Below are positions 38,478 to 50,466 of a DNA stretch of 64,000 bases, in pieces. A program made the position numbers and the translations under genes. Source of the DNA: Microcoleus sp. (GTDB lineage Bacteria > Cyanobacteriota > Cyanobacteriia > Cyanobacteriales > Microcoleaceae); the NCBI GenBank assembly GCA_052279835.1, contig CP181291.1:2752001-2816000 (forward strand), written 5' to 3'. How positions within the stretch are numbered: the stretch's first letter is position 1; every line of letters starts with the position of its first letter. The notes beneath the pieces are model-generated. The model did not search any database and was not told the origin of the DNA. It saw only the letters and a program-made list of their open reading frames with translations.

Positions 38478-39572
38478 TTAATGACCGCCTGTCTTTGCAC
38501 CAATGGGTGCCGGGCCAATCAAGCGTTCGAGTTCATCAGCCTTAGAAGCCTTAGCCATTGCCGATTCCCAAGTGACTTTACCAGTTTTGTAAAGTTCAGC
38601 TAAAGCCATTTCCATTGTCCTCATACCCAACTTCGCCCCCATTTGGATTTGAGAGTAAATCATGGGAGTTTTCCCCTCCCGGATCAAGTTAGCCATAGCA
38701 GGAGTATTCACCATGATTTCCATAGCGCAGCAACGGCCACCACCAACTTTCAGAACTAAATTTTGGCTGCAAATTCCCACCAACGAGTTAGACACCTGAG
38801 CCCGAACCTGGGGTTGTTGAATGGGCGGGAACACGTCCAAAATCCGATCGATCGTAGCAGCCGCAGAATTAGTGTGCAGCGTTCCCATTACCATGTGACC
38901 TGTTTCCGCAGCCGAAATTGCCAGACCGATAGTTTCCAAGTCGCGCATTTCCCCCACCAGAATCACATCAGGATCTTCCCGCAGAGCAGCCTTCAGCGCA
39001 TTAGAGAAGCTCTTAGTATCCTCGCCCTTTTGACGCTGGTGAAACAAACTCTTAACATTGGGAAACACATATTCGATCGGGTCTTCAACTGTCAGAATAT
39101 GTTCTGCCCGCGTCCGGTTGACCAGATCCAACAAAGCCGCCATCGTCGTTGTTTTCCCAGAACCCGTTTGTCCCGTCACCAACAGCATACCTCTGGGTCT
39201 TTCCGTCAGATCCCGCAAAATCTGAGGCACACCTAAAGCATCGGCGTTCGGAATCTTAGAAGCCAGAGCCCGCAAACAAGCAGCCCAAGCACCCCGTTCG
39301 CGGTAAACGTTCACCCGGAACCGAGCCAAACCCTTCACCCCATAAGCGCAGTCTAATTCCCACTCCATTTCCAATTGCTTGCGCTGCATATTGTTGAGCA
39401 TTTGGAAGATCAGGATCTGCACTTCCTCAGCCGACATAATTTCGCCGTATTGTGGCTGAGGAGTTAGTCTCCCGCTCACCCGGAAGAAAATAGGTGCGCC
39501 CGCTTGGATGTGTATATCTGAACCCCCTTGCTCTACCAGGGACTCCAGTACGTCTTCAATCATCAGACCCAT
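38478..39572 (-). CDS. pilT: Type IV pilus retraction ATPase PilT
   Basis: [31 protein letters not shown]. Confidence 0.95.
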   Translation of the reverse strand: MGLMIEDVLESLVEQGGSDIHIQAGAPIFFRVSGRLTPQPQYGEIMSAEEVQILIFQMLNNMQRKQLEMEWELDCAYGVKGLARFRVNVYRERGAWAACLRALASKIPNADALGVPQILRDLTERPRGMLLVTGQTGSGKTTTMAALLDLVNRTRAEHILTVEDPIEYVFPNVKSLFHQRQKGEDTKSFSNALKAALREDPDVILVGEMRDLETIGLAISAAETGHMVMGTLHTNSAAATIDRILDVFPPIQQPQVRAQVSNSLVGICSQNLVLKVGGGRCCAMEIMVNTPAMANLIREGKTPMIYSQIQMGAKLGMRTMEMALAELYKTGKVTWESAMAKASKADELERLIGPAPIGAKTGGH

Positions 39573-39719
39573 AGATATGTCTCCCTAATCAAGTTGATAG
39601 TTATTGACCAATTTAACTCAGTTGTCTGTTGTCTGTTGAGTGTTGGTAGTTAGCAGTTGACTGTTGAGTGTTGGCTGTTATTACTGGTTTTTCTAATAAC
39701 CAATAACTGCTGAATCAAT

Positions 39720-41720
39720 CTAAAAAACGCGCGGAGTCAAACAGTACGGACAATCCAGCATCTCCGGCTTCAATTCCGCCTGACAAGTCTTGCAAGTTAG
39801 TCCCTGCTTGCGTTTCGCTTTCAATTCTGCCTCCAGCCCAGAGTCGGTAAAAGTCACCCGCTCCACTTCTTCAAAGGTAGTCGCCCCTTCTCGCACTAAC
39901 TGCAAGCTATAAGCCAACAAGGTTTTCATCCCTTCTTCTACTGCTGCTTCCTTAATTTGCTCTGTGGGAGCACCTTGAGTAATCAGAGCTTGCAGCCGCT
40001 CAGTATTTTTCAGGAACTCGTAAACCCCTACCCGTCCTTTGTAGCCGATACCACCGCACTTGGTACAAAGTTGATCCCGGTCTGCCAATTCCTTCCTCTG
40101 TTCAACTGCTATGGTGTTAGCTTTGTACACAGTCAGATCCATTTCTTGAGAAGCCGACAGACCGTACCGACCGAGTTCTTCGGCCGTGGGCTGGTAAGGA
40201 ATGCGACATTTGTCACAAACCCGGCGCATCAAACGCTGAGCCAACACGCCTAACAAAGCTGCCGAAACCATGAAGGGTTCTACGCCCATTTCGTCCAAAC
40301 GGGCGATCGCACCGGCCGCATCATTAGTGTGGAGCGTAGTCAACACCAAGTGTCCGGTCAAAGCAGCTTCCAGAGCGGTTTTCGCCGTTTCTTTATCCCG
40401 CGTTTCCCCCACCAGCAGCACGTCAGGGTCTTGCCGCAAAAACGCCCGCAGAATATTGGAAAAAGTCAAGTCTTTTTCCCGAATTACTTGACACTGGGTA
40501 ATTCCGGGCAAAGCATATTCGATCGGGTCTTCCGCCGTACTGATATTAATCCCCGGATCATTCTTTTCTGCCAGAATGGAATAGAGAGAAGTGGACTTAC
40601 CCGAACCCGTCGGCCCAGTCACCAAAATCAGTCCGAAGGGACGACTGGCAGTTTCTCGCACCAAAGCCAGAGTTTCTTGATCCGAGATTAACAAACCCAG
40701 ACCCAACTGAGTGCTGGAACTGTCCAAAATCCGCAGCACAATTTTTTCGCCGTAACGAGAAGGCAAGCTATTTACCCGGAAATCCACCGTCCGTCCTTCA
40801 AATACCCGGCGGATGCGACCATCTTGAGCTTGTCTGCGTTCAGCAATGTCCAAATTGGCAATAATTTTGAAGCGGGCAGTAATCCCTTGCACCACTTGTT
40901 TGGGAAATCGGAAATATTCTTGCAGCACCCCGTCCTTCCGCATCCGAATCCGCATGAACTCTTCTTGAGGTTCTACGTGGATGTCAGACACTTTTTCCGA
41001 TAAAGCTTTAGCCAAAATGACGTTGACCGCTTTGATTACAGGAGCTTGGTCTACATCGTTTATGGTGTCAGCTATATCTTCGGTATCGGCAGAAACTTCT
41101 TCTAAGGAGAGTTCGCCAAAGTCTCCATCCCCTAGGGAGAGCTTTCTCTCCTTTTCGGCTTCAGCCATTTTGGCTGCTATCTTAACTTGGTCTTCTTGAT
41201 AGGCAGAAGTAATGTCTTGATAGTCATCTGGGGTAATCACCCGTCGCTGAAAACTCAACCCTTTCAAAATCCGCCGCAAATCTTCTTGAGCATCCAGGTT
41301 GTCAGGATCGACCATTGCCACTACCAGCGCCGGAGGTTCAGTTTCTGTCTTCGCCACAGGCAAAAACCGACGTTGACGACAGATGTCGATCGACATTTTC
41401 AACTCATCGAGCATTGCTCCAAGTTGCTCGTTAGACAGTTCGCTCAATTCCGGGTCAAACGCTTCAACCCCATACACTATTTTGAGTTCAAACATCTGCT
41501 GCTTTTTGTAAAGCCGCAGCAATTCTGGCGGCAAGGGCAGCCCTGTAGCAGATTCTAGTACCTCCGTCAACCGCTTACCTGACTTCCGACTTTCAAGTTG
41601 AGCTTTTTTCAGTTGGTCACTGTTGACGTAACCAGACTGAATCATCTTGTTGAGAGCCGGAGTAAAATTGCTGATAGTAACTATAGATGTGGAGAAACGC
41701 CGATCGGATGTGTTACTCAT
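39720..41720 (-). CDS. pilB: Type IV pilus assembly ATPase PilB with cyanobacterial Cys-rich C-terminus
   Basis: GPTGSGKST, LRQDPD, CKTC...CPYC tail. Confidence 0.95.
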   Translation of the reverse strand: MSNTSDRRFSTSIVTISNFTPALNKMIQSGYVNSDQLKKAQLESRKSGKRLTEVLESATGLPLPPELLRLYKKQQMFELKIVYGVEAFDPELSELSNEQLGAMLDELKMSIDICRQRRFLPVAKTETEPPALVVAMVDPDNLDAQEDLRRILKGLSFQRRVITPDDYQDITSAYQEDQVKIAAKMAEAEKERKLSLGDGDFGELSLEEVSADTEDIADTINDVDQAPVIKAVNVILAKALSEKVSDIHVEPQEEFMRIRMRKDGVLQEYFRFPKQVVQGITARFKIIANLDIAERRQAQDGRIRRVFEGRTVDFRVNSLPSRYGEKIVLRILDSSSTQLGLGLLISDQETLALVRETASRPFGLILVTGPTGSGKSTSLYSILAEKNDPGINISTAEDPIEYALPGITQCQVIREKDLTFSNILRAFLRQDPDVLLVGETRDKETAKTALEAALTGHLVLTTLHTNDAAGAIARLDEMGVEPFMVSAALLGVLAQRLMRRVCDKCRIPYQPTAEELGRYGLSASQEMDLTVYKANTIAVEQRKELADRDQLCTKCGGIGYKGRVGVYEFLKNTERLQALITQGAPTEQIKEAAVEEGMKTLLAYSLQLVREGATTFEEVERVTFTDSGLEAELKAKRKQGLTCKTCQAELKPEMLDCPYCLTPRVF

Positions 41721-42165
41721 TTACCTAAAACCCGCGGGAGACTCCCGTGATAGCAGAGAGGGCACAGCACTTGGGCATTGCCCTTACCGGGAGAGGAAAG
41801 CGGGGCGGGGTGTATCGCTTTCCAACGATAATTTTATATTCTGTTCTAGCAAGCTTGACGGGAATCTACCGGCCATAACTTAACATTGGTTCCCTCTTGC
41901 AACCAGAAGAGACTACTCTGGGGGCAACAGGCCTAACTTGTTGAATTTGACCGCAGGATGTTAAACATTGCCTGTTCTGTGATGATAGCTTTTAGAAAGC
42001 CTTCGATCGGTCTAGTGAGATATATTTTGATTAATCAACTGCCCATCCTCCGGTCCTCACCAAGGCCGATTTGAAGCAGGTCTAATTTGCCGTCAGCAAA
42101 TACTACACAGAGGGCGCGTCTCTTCCGACTGCTAGAATTGATAGGGTTCTGTCGCACAGATATAT

Positions 42166-42960
42166 ATGATTGACGAGGAAAAACAGCAACATCAAGATCC
42201 TAGCTCAACGGGGGAAACCCCAGAGAGTTCGCCAATGGTAAGCGAAAATCCGCCGCCAGCATCCGCAAACTCCAATGCAGCAGCCGATTGGGAGCTGGAA
42301 CTTGCTCAAGCTTATCAAAGTGCTCAGGTCGATCCCGGGGCGACTCACAATGCCGGGGAAACAGGCTCCTCTAGTTCCAGCAACAGCGTCACTGCTGATG
42401 CTACGGAGTTGCTCAAGAGAGAGCTGGCACAAGCAACCAGCGACAAAGAGAGTTTAAAAGCTCAGTTGCAAGCCTATTCTACTCAATTAGAAGATCTGAA
42501 AAATCAAAATCTCCGCTTAGCAGCAGATTTTGAAAACTTCCGCAGGCGCACCCAAAAAGAAAAAGAAGAGTTAGATTTACAGGCAAAATGTTTAATTATC
42601 AAACCCCTGTTGCCAGTAATCGATAACTTTGAGCGGGCAAGAGCCCACATTAAGCCACAAACAGATGGCGAAATGAACATACACAAAAGCTACCAAAGCG
42701 TTTACAAGCAAATGGTAGAATGCCTCAAACAAATCGGAGTTTCTCCGATGCGTCCAGAAGGTGAACAGTTTGACCCCAACCTCCACGAAGCTTTGCTCAG
42801 CGAACCAACTGACGAACAGGAGGAAGGCACAATCATCCAAGAACTAGAACGAGGCTATACTCTGGGCGATCGCGTCTTGCGGCACGCCAAAGTTAAAGTT
42901 GCAGCGCCGGGGCTATCTGTGGTAGCCTCAGATGACCATCCTGATAGTTCGGAAGGTTGA
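42166..42960 (+). CDS. grpE: Nucleotide exchange factor GrpE
   Basis: ADFENFRRR, FDPNLHEA, RVLRHAKVKV. Confidence 0.95.
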   Translation: MIDEEKQQHQDPSSTGETPESSPMVSENPPPASANSNAAADWELELAQAYQSAQVDPGATHNAGETGSSSSSNSVTADATELLKRELAQATSDKESLKAQLQAYSTQLEDLKNQNLRLAADFENFRRRTQKEKEELDLQAKCLIIKPLLPVIDNFERARAHIKPQTDGEMNIHKSYQSVYKQMVECLKQIGVSPMRPEGEQFDPNLHEALLSEPTDEQEEGTIIQELERGYTLGDRVLRHAKVKVAAPGLSVVASDDHPDSSEG

Positions 42961-43155
42961 TCGGGATCAAACCTACTGCATTCTGGAAGCTGAAGCAGAG
43001 GCTACGTTCACATTTAAGAAACGTTGCAGTGCGATCGTCCCTAAAATATCGATAGCCTCAACGCTTCAAACTGTACAGGCCGTAACAGACCCCCGAATAG
43101 AATTCGGGGGTTTGAAAAATTTTTGTAAATATCCCACGAAGTTTTATGAGGCGCT

Positions 43156-45294
43156 ATGGGAAAGGTGATAGGCATCGACTTAGGCACAACCAACAGTTGC
43201 GTAGCTGTGTTAGAGGGCGGTAAACCAGTCGTGATCGCCAATTCTGAGGGCGGTCGCACAACTCCGAGCATAGTAGGATTTGGTAAAGGGGGCGATCGCT
43301 TAGTAGGTCAATTGGCCAAGCGGCAAGCTGTCACTAATGCTGTAAACACTGTCTACAGCATCAAACGATTTATCGGACGTCGTTGGGATGACACAGAAGA
43401 AGAAAGATCCCGGACACCCTATACCTGCATTAAAGGCAAAGACGATACCGTTAACGTCCAAATTCGGAACAAGGTTCACACCCCCCAAGAAATTTCGGCA
43501 ATGGTACTCCAAAAGCTGAAGCAGGATGCAGAAGCTTATTTGGGACAACCTGTTACCCAAGCAGTGATTACAGTCCCTGCCTACTTCACCGATGCCCAGC
43601 GACAAGCGACTAAGGACGCAGGTACGATCGCAGGTTTAGAAGTCCTGCGGATAGTCAACGAACCCACAGCCGCCGCCCTTTCCTACGGCTTGGACAAACA
43701 AAATATAGAACAAAAAATCTTAGTATTTGACCTCGGAGGCGGTACCTTCGATGTTTCCATCCTGCAACTGGGAGACGGAATTTTTGAAGTCAACGCCACT
43801 GCGGGTAATAATCATCTGGGAGGAGATGACTTTGACAACTGCATCGTGCAGTGGCTGGTTGAAGCTTTTCGCACCAAAGAAGGCACGGACCTGTCAAAAG
43901 ACAAAATGGCCTTGCAACGCCTCCGAGAAGCCGCCGAAAAAGCAAAAATAGAACTTTCTAGTTGCGAATCAACCTCCATCAATTTGCCCTTTATTTCCTC
44001 AGATGAAAAAGGGCCAAAGCATCTGGAAATGCCACTTTCCAAAGCTAAGTTTGAAAAACTGGTCGCTCATTTAGTCCAAGCCACGATCGACCCTGTAACT
44101 CAAGCCCTCAAAGACGCCAGTTTGACCCCAAAAAATATAGATCGAATTATTTTAGTAGGAGGGTCAACCCGAATTCCGGCAGTTCAAGAGGCAATTAGCA
44201 AATATTTTGGTGGCGTATCTCCCGATAAATCGGTCAATCCTGACGAAGCTGTAGCCGTAGGTGCCGCCATTCAAGCCGGGGTGTTGGGTGGCGAGGTCAA
44301 GGATTTGCTACTGCTAGACGTGACTCCCCTGTCCCTAGGACTCGAAACCTTGGGCGGAGTGTTCACCAAAGTCATTGAACGCAATACCACTATCCCCACG
44401 AGTCGATCGCAAATGTACAGCACGGCCGCAGACGGCCAAACTTCCGTAGAAATTCATGCCCTGCAAGGTGAACGGGCATTAGTCAAAGACAATAAAAGTC
44501 TGGGCAAATTCCTGCTCAAAGGTATTCCCCCAGCACCCCGTGGCATACCTCAAATCGAAGTTACCTTTGAAATCGATGCCAACGGCATTCTGAAAGTTTC
44601 CGCTCAAGACAAGGGAACCTCAAAAGAACAGAGCATCCAAATTTCCAATACAGGGGGATTGAGCGAAACCGAAGTCGAGCGGATGAGACAAGAGGCAGAA
44701 CTTTACGCCGAGGAAGACCTCCAACGGGCCCAACTTGTCGAACTCAAAAATCAAGCCGACACCCTGGTCTATAATTGTGGTGTCACCTTAAAAACCAATG
44801 CCCAATTACTAGGCGACGACCTGAAGGCAGAAGCCCAAACAGCATCTGTTACCTTGCGGGCAGCGATGGCTAACCCAGACATCACCTGCGAAGAACTCGA
44901 AGCACAAATCGAATCTTTCAAGCAACTGCTATACTCGCTTGGTACTGCTGTTTACGAGCAAGCTCGGAACGAGGAAGCCACTTCCCCCACTGTGGTTGCC
45001 AGCGAATCGGTGCCAGAATTAGATGAGGTTGCAGTTAGCGATGAAAGTATCTTGCCGACAGAAGACCTAATGACGATCGCGGAACCAACGCTGAAACCAA
45101 AGGCGGAACCAAAGCCGGAACCAAAGCCGGAATTAAGGCCCGAACCAAAGCCGGAATCAAAACGGCAACCAAAGCCGGAATTAAGGCCAGAACCAAAGCC
45201 GGAACCAAAACGCGACAAACAGCAAAATCTACAGACAAAACCAAAACCGCAGGTTCCCGAACCTGAAGTTGATGATATGAATCCTTTCCTTTAA
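43156..45294 (+). CDS. dnaK: Chaperone DnaK with EPKP-repeat tail
   Basis: [27 protein letters not shown]. Confidence 0.97.
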   Translation: MGKVIGIDLGTTNSCVAVLEGGKPVVIANSEGGRTTPSIVGFGKGGDRLVGQLAKRQAVTNAVNTVYSIKRFIGRRWDDTEEERSRTPYTCIKGKDDTVNVQIRNKVHTPQEISAMVLQKLKQDAEAYLGQPVTQAVITVPAYFTDAQRQATKDAGTIAGLEVLRIVNEPTAAALSYGLDKQNIEQKILVFDLGGGTFDVSILQLGDGIFEVNATAGNNHLGGDDFDNCIVQWLVEAFRTKEGTDLSKDKMALQRLREAAEKAKIELSSCESTSINLPFISSDEKGPKHLEMPLSKAKFEKLVAHLVQATIDPVTQALKDASLTPKNIDRIILVGGSTRIPAVQEAISKYFGGVSPDKSVNPDEAVAVGAAIQAGVLGGEVKDLLLLDVTPLSLGLETLGGVFTKVIERNTTIPTSRSQMYSTAADGQTSVEIHALQGERALVKDNKSLGKFLLKGIPPAPRGIPQIEVTFEIDANGILKVSAQDKGTSKEQSIQISNTGGLSETEVERMRQEAELYAEEDLQRAQLVELKNQADTLVYNCGVTLKTNAQLLGDDLKAEAQTASVTLRAAMANPDITCEELEAQIESFKQLLYSLGTAVYEQARNEEATSPTVVASESVPELDEVAVSDESILPTEDLMTIAEPTLKPKAEPKPEPKPELRPEPKPESKRQPKPELRPEPKPEPKRDKQQNLQTKPKPQVPEPEVDDMNPFL

Positions 45295-45419
45295 AAATTA
45301 AAAATTAAAGATTAAAAGTTACAAATAAACGCTCGTAATTTTTAATCTTTAACATCTGGAAAGGTCAATAGTTTCTTTTTCGTACACTTTTTGTTATTTA
45401 CCTCCAGGCAAACAGCTTT

Positions 45420-46550
45420 ATGGCCGGCGATTACTATGAAATATTAGGCGTTTCTCGAAGCGCAGACAAAGAAGAAATTAAGCGTGCCTACCGCCGCCTA
45501 GCTCGTAAGTACCATCCAGACGTGAATAAAGAACCCGGTGCCGAAGACCGGTTTAAAGAAATTAACCGTGCTTACGAGGTACTGTCAGAGCCGGAAACCC
45601 GTGCTCGCTTTGACCGTTTTGGCGAAGCAGGGGTTAGTGGTGCAGGAGCGCCGGGGTTCCAAGACTTCGGCGACAGTTTTGCCGATATCTTTGAAAGCTT
45701 CTTTCAGGGTTTTCAGGGAGGGGTAGGCGGTCCACAACAACAAGGTCGCAGACGCAGCGGGCCCGTGCGCGGTGACGATTTACGCCTGGATTTGCGACTG
45801 GATTTTCGCGAAGCAGTGTTCGGTGGGGAAAAAGAACTCCGCATCAAGCACCTAGAAACCTGCGAAACTTGCACTGGCACCGGCGCAAAACCGGGAACCA
45901 GACCCCAAACCTGCTCGACTTGCAGTGGCGGTGGCCAAGTCCGGCGCGCTACCCGTACTCCCTTTGGCAGTTTTACTCAAGTTTCAGTTTGCCCCACCTG
46001 CAATGGCACCGGGCAAGTGATTGAGGACAAGTGCGAAACTTGTGGCGGCCGCGGCCAAAAAGAAGTGATGAAAAAGCTGAAAATTACCATCCCGGCAGGG
46101 GTTGACAATGGTACTCGTTTGCGCGTTTCCAATGAAGGGGATGCTGGCAAACTGGGGGGGCCACCAGGGGATTTATACGTGTTCTTGGCTGTGAGTGAAG
46201 ACCCCGTATTTAAGCGCGAAGGTACTAACATTAACTCGGAAGTTAAAATTAGTTACTTGCAAGCAATTTTGGGGTGCAGGTTGGAAGTGGACACTGTAGA
46301 CGGGCCGACGGAATTGTTGATTCCTACGGGAACTCAGCCGCATACAGTTCTGACTCTGGAGAAAAAAGGTGTACCTCGATTGGGAAATCCAGTCAGTCGT
46401 GGGGACCATTTGATTACGGTGTCTATTGACATTCCTACTAAGGTGACGACTGAGGAACGGGAATTGTTGATGCAGTTGGCTAAGCTCAAGGGCGATCGTA
46501 CCGGAAAAGGTGGCTTGGAGGGATTTCTGGGAAATCTGTTTCAGAAATAA
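45420..46550 (+). CDS. dnaJ: Chaperone DnaJ
   Basis: HPD motif and four CxxCxGxG zinc-finger repeats. Confidence 0.97.
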   Translation: MAGDYYEILGVSRSADKEEIKRAYRRLARKYHPDVNKEPGAEDRFKEINRAYEVLSEPETRARFDRFGEAGVSGAGAPGFQDFGDSFADIFESFFQGFQGGVGGPQQQGRRRSGPVRGDDLRLDLRLDFREAVFGGEKELRIKHLETCETCTGTGAKPGTRPQTCSTCSGGGQVRRATRTPFGSFTQVSVCPTCNGTGQVIEDKCETCGGRGQKEVMKKLKITIPAGVDNGTRLRVSNEGDAGKLGGPPGDLYVFLAVSEDPVFKREGTNINSEVKISYLQAILGCRLEVDTVDGPTELLIPTGTQPHTVLTLEKKGVPRLGNPVSRGDHLITVSIDIPTKVTTEERELLMQLAKLKGDRTGKGGLEGFLGNLFQK

Positions 46551-46582
46551 GCAAAAAAATGAGCGCAGTTTATTATTTCTGA

Positions 46583-46612
46583 AAAAAATGAGCGCAATTG
46601 CGCTCATTTTTT
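46583..46612 (+). terminator. Perfect 30-bp palindrome / likely terminator after dnaJ
   Basis: AAAAAATGAGCGCAATTGCGCTCATTTTTT; left arm duplicated just upstream. Confidence 0.6.
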
Positions 46613-46786
46613 CTTAAAATAATAATAAATTGCCTCTTCGGGATTTACGCACGCCGAGTCAAAAACCTGCTGGTTAAGCCCTTCGACTACGCTCAGGATA
46701 AACTGCATCGAAACCAGTTTTTTCTTCCTTCTTCCTTATTCCTTCTTCCTTATTCCTTCTTCCTTCTTCCTTCTTCCTTCCGCCAT

Positions 46787-47074
46787 ATGAATTCAACATC
46801 GAAAATTGAAAATCCCCAATCCCCAGATGCTCAGCTCGATCTGCGGGGTACGCCCTGTCCGATCAATTTTGTCCGAACTAAACTGCGGTTGGAGCAAATG
46901 GCTCCAGGAGCGGTTTTGGAGGTTTGGTTGGACGCTGGGGAGCCGATCGAACAAGTGCCTGATAGTCTAAAAATGGAAGGCTACCAAATTCTCGAAACCC
47001 AATATATGTCTTCTGATGATAATTCAGGGTTTTTTGCCATGAAAGTGCAGCGACCTGAACAGGAAATAGCATGA
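46787..47074 (+). CDS. TusA/SirA-family sulfurtransferase
   Basis: LDLRGTPCPINFVRTK. Confidence 0.88.
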   Translation: MNSTSKIENPQSPDAQLDLRGTPCPINFVRTKLRLEQMAPGAVLEVWLDAGEPIEQVPDSLKMEGYQILETQYMSSDDNSGFFAMKVQRPEQEIA

Positions 47075-48282
47075 GCCGGGATTCTTCCTTGATTACGGGT
47101 AATGTTGTGGCTGTTCAGGCTAACTTCTATCAAGTGAGGTTAGATCCAGATGCCAGCACTGATGGGGCACATCCTCTTTTAGCCGATCTTCCCATTCTCC
47201 TGTGTACTCGCCGCACTAGACTGAAAAAAATTGGTCAACAGGTGATGGTGGGCGATCGCGTCGTGGTAGAAGAACCAGACTGGAACGATCGCAGGGGTGT
47301 CATTTCTCAAGTGTTTCCCCGCCAAACAGAACTAAATCGGCCACCTGTAGCTAATGCCGATCGCATTCTCCTAGTTTTTGCCCTCACGGAACCCGACTTA
47401 GACCCCGCATCATTAAGTCGGTTTTTAGTCAAGGCAGAATCTACAGGTTTGGAGGTGAGTTTGTGTCTCAACAAATGCGATTTAGTCACGGCCGAGGATT
47501 TGGCACAGTGGCGCGATCGGCTGAAAGGATGGGGATACGAACCCATGTTTATTAGTGTCCGTAGCGGCTTAGGAATCTACAAGCAAACCGCTAATGACAG
47601 TCAAAATCAAGTTTCTGCCACAAACCCAAATTTATTAGACAAAATCGACACATCTTGTCTTCCTCTTGAGGGACGTGAAGTGCTTCTGACTTCCCCCCTT
47701 GGAGAAGCCTTATCTCTCCAAAGTCACCTCCAAGGCAAAATAACCGTAATTTGCGGCCCTTCTGGAGTGGGTAAGTCCAGCTTAATCAACCAACTAATTC
47801 CGGCACTGAATCTGCGAGTCAGTGCTGTTTCGGGCAAACTAGGGCGCGGCAGACACACTACTCGCCATGTAGAATTGTTTGAACTCCCAGGTGGCGGACT
47901 TTTGGCCGATACTCCAGGCTTTAATCAGCCGACACTTGAATGCGAACCATCTGAGTTAGCTCAATATTTCCCAGAAGCTCGTCAGAGGCTGGCTTTGGGT
48001 AGTTGCCAGTTTAGCGACTGCTCGCACCGCCATGAGCCTAACTGTGTCGTGCGGGGCGATTGGGAACGCTATGAGTATTATTTGCAGTTTCTGTCCGAGG
48101 CGATTGTCCGTCAGCAACAAGAGCTAAACTCTAGTAGTGCGGAGGCGAGTTTGAAGCAGCAAACTAAGTCTGATGGTACGCAGCAATACGAACCCAAGTT
48201 GCAAACTAAAAAATATCGCCGCTCTTCCCGCCGCCTTCAACACCAGTCGCTGCAAGATATGTGTCAAGACGACTTATTCTAG
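47071..48282 (+). CDS. rsgA: Ribosome biogenesis GTPase RsgA
   Basis: NKCD, GPSGVGKSS, GRHTT, DTPG, CQFSDCSHRHEPNC. Confidence 0.95.
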   Translation: MSRDSSLITGNVVAVQANFYQVRLDPDASTDGAHPLLADLPILLCTRRTRLKKIGQQVMVGDRVVVEEPDWNDRRGVISQVFPRQTELNRPPVANADRILLVFALTEPDLDPASLSRFLVKAESTGLEVSLCLNKCDLVTAEDLAQWRDRLKGWGYEPMFISVRSGLGIYKQTANDSQNQVSATNPNLLDKIDTSCLPLEGREVLLTSPLGEALSLQSHLQGKITVICGPSGVGKSSLINQLIPALNLRVSAVSGKLGRGRHTTRHVELFELPGGGLLADTPGFNQPTLECEPSELAQYFPEARQRLALGSCQFSDCSHRHEPNCVVRGDWERYEYYLQFLSEAIVRQQQELNSSSAEASLKQQTKSDGTQQYEPKLQTKKYRRSSRRLQHQSLQDMCQDDLF

Positions 48283-48411
48283 GTTGGAGCAAATAGTCGA
48301 TCGGCTTCAGAACAGGGTAAATTAATAGCTAAAATTAAATGGCCTTAAATTTCTTAAAAAAAAAGTACAACAGAAGTATCATTTAGCAGGTTATGCGGGA
48401 GTAAAAATACT

Positions 48412-49173
48412 GTGAATATTCAAGAACTGTTTCAAAAAGGCGGCCCAGCCATGTACCCCCTGTTGGTGCTGTCTATTCTATCTGTAAGTACAATTATCGA
48501 GCGCTTATGGTTCTGGGCGAGCCTCCTCACTAAGGAAAAGCAAATAGTCAACCGCATCCTCGATGCTGCTCGCACCGATTGGGGTGCTGCTAATGAAATT
48601 GCTAGACAAGCTAATAGACAGCCCATCGGTCGATTTTTATCTGCTCCTCTGCGACTGTACAATCCTGAACCAGAATTATTTCGACTCGCACTGGAATCTG
48701 CTGCTGATGAAGAGTTGGCTTCTATGCGCCGTGGAGACAAAGTATTAGAATCGGTGATCGCTTTATCACCTTTGTTGGGATTGCTGGGAACTGTTTTGGG
48801 CTTGATTAACTCCCTGAGTTCCATTCGGCTGGGTGACATCGGCACCGCAGCTACTACTGGCGTGACTTTGGGGATTAGCGAAGCACTGATCACTACAGCT
48901 TCTGGGATGGTAGTAGCAATTTTTACTTTAGTCTTTTATCGCATATTTCAAGCTTTTTTGTTCAATCAGGCAAAAATTTTTCGCAAAGCTGGAAATGAAC
49001 TGGAATTGCTCTACAGACAATATTGGCCCACGGCTAACGCTAAAGGTCGATCGCCTAGTACAGAAACACAGCAATTCTTCCTTTGGTGTCGATGGCTTGA
49101 ACCGCCATTCCCTCAATTCTCAAGAATCTATGGAACGAAATCGAGAGCCGAAATTGAAAGGTTCCGATCCTGA
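48412..49173 (+). CDS. exbB: MotA/TolQ/ExbB proton channel protein; tail possibly frameshifted, alternative stop at 49198
   Basis: [24 protein letters not shown]. Confidence 0.88.
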   Translation: MNIQELFQKGGPAMYPLLVLSILSVSTIIERLWFWASLLTKEKQIVNRILDAARTDWGAANEIARQANRQPIGRFLSAPLRLYNPEPELFRLALESAADEELASMRRGDKVLESVIALSPLLGLLGTVLGLINSLSSIRLGDIGTAATTGVTLGISEALITTASGMVVAIFTLVFYRIFQAFLFNQAKIFRKAGNELELLYRQYWPTANAKGRSPSTETQQFFLWCRWLEPPFPQFSRIYGTKSRAEIERFRS

Positions 49174-49194
49174 TGTTGATTCAACTTCTAACAA

Positions 49195-49333
49195 GTGAAC
49201 TACCTACACCCACCGCTTAGGCGGTAGGTTTGAGGCTTCCAACTTCGACGAAAGGAGCCCATTGGTGTCAACCCGCACTAAGCTGAGTAAAGCTATAGTG
49301 GCCCAATCCCCGCCGAGCTAGTTAAAACCTTGA
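49195..49333 (-). mobile_element. Non-coding IS200/IS605-derived mini element
   Basis: Minus strand ends GGAAGCC-hairpin-GGTAGTTCAC, resembling IS605/TnpB right ends; no ORF. Confidence 0.55.
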
Positions 49334-49339
49334 AAAACA

Positions 49340-50035
49340 ATGAAAATTCATCTAGATACTCCTGCTGAAGAGGCTCGGATTGAACTGGTACCTTTAATTG
49401 ATGTGATATTTTGCATTCTGACGTTTTTTCTGCTGGCTGCTTTGCAACTGACTCGCCAGCAAGCAATTAATGTCGATTTGCCTAAAGCCAAAACTGGACA
49501 AACCCAGATGCGAGAAATGCTGATTGTCAGCATTGATGACTTTGGGCAAACTTATATTGATCAATTGCCTGTTAATTATCAACAGCTCGATCGAGTTTTA
49601 AACAGTTTCCACAAGCAAAATCCTGCGGGATTGACGGTGCTATACGCTCCTCAAAATGCCAAGTACGCCAAAGTGGTGGAGGTTTTGGATAAATTGCGAG
49701 AAGTAGGAGGCGATCGAGTCGCCCTAGCAACTCTTCCTAGTTCGGCTCCATCCCCGCAGCCAACTCCCTCGGTTCCCAATTCTGGCATTCCCGTCGCACC
49801 ACCCACCGGAAATCGGACTCAACCCCAGCCCTATCCTCTGGCAACTCCCTCGAACCCTCCACAACCTCAGTTACAAGTACCACCGCCCCAGCAGTTGAAT
49901 CAAAGTCAGTTTCCATCCCCTCTCCCGACTCCTAGCCAGGGGGTTAGCAAATCTCCTGTTTCCCCTGCACCCACTGCTCCTAATATCGGGCCGGGAGTCG
50001 CAACTCCATCGCAGAATGTTGCGCCTCAAAATTAG
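49340..50035 (+). CDS. exbD: Biopolymer transporter ExbD with Pro-rich tail
   Basis: IELVPLIDVIFCILTFF, VDLPKA. Confidence 0.9.
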   Translation: MKIHLDTPAEEARIELVPLIDVIFCILTFFLLAALQLTRQQAINVDLPKAKTGQTQMREMLIVSIDDFGQTYIDQLPVNYQQLDRVLNSFHKQNPAGLTVLYAPQNAKYAKVVEVLDKLREVGGDRVALATLPSSAPSPQPTPSVPNSGIPVAPPTGNRTQPQPYPLATPSNPPQPQLQVPPPQQLNQSQFPSPLPTPSQGVSKSPVSPAPTAPNIGPGVATPSQNVAPQN

Positions 50036-50322
50036 GCAATATATTGATTTATCATCTAGGCATTGGCCAAACAGGGCATTGGCCAAACAGGGCATTGGCA
50101 TCGGACTTCGGACACTGAGCGTAGTCGAAGTGTCGAAGAACCTTCTTCCTTCTTCCTTAAAAAATCGGTATAAATCGCTGCAATTATTTTGGTTCGTATT
50201 GAGCTTTTTTTCTCTAGACAAGTATATATATTTATATATATCTACAGAAGGAACCTTTGTCTGCTGCTAGCCATCTCTACTCATAGATTATTTCTTAGGA
50301 AAGATGGTATTTTTGTCAAATC

Positions 50323-50340
50323 ATTGTTACCTTTTGTAAT
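50323..50340 (-). promoter_or_regulatory. HLR1 (RpaB) site candidate upstream of nblA
   Basis: Minus strand ATTACAAA-AG-GTAACAAT matches (G/T)TTACA(T/A)(T/A)-N2 repeat with one mismatch per half. Confidence 0.55.
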
Positions 50341-50466
50341 ATAGCTAAAGCAAGATGGGCTTTAGGTCATCCTGAAACCAACTAGCGTGAGCTGGAACAA
50401 CTTACAAAACCGGTGAATCCAGGTTTGTACTTTCAAGTCACCTCTACTTGTCAAGGAGTCAAAGTC

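Noticed and set aside
37968..38603. Several ORFs of LVIGYW / FPIPNSQ / GIGNWEL repeats
   Set aside because: They are artefacts of heptamer arrays that lack stop codons
46598..46786. Long N-terminus on the TusA-like ORF
   Set aside because: It runs through a palindrome, a dispersed repeat and CTTCCTT heptamers; ATG 46787 fits the family size
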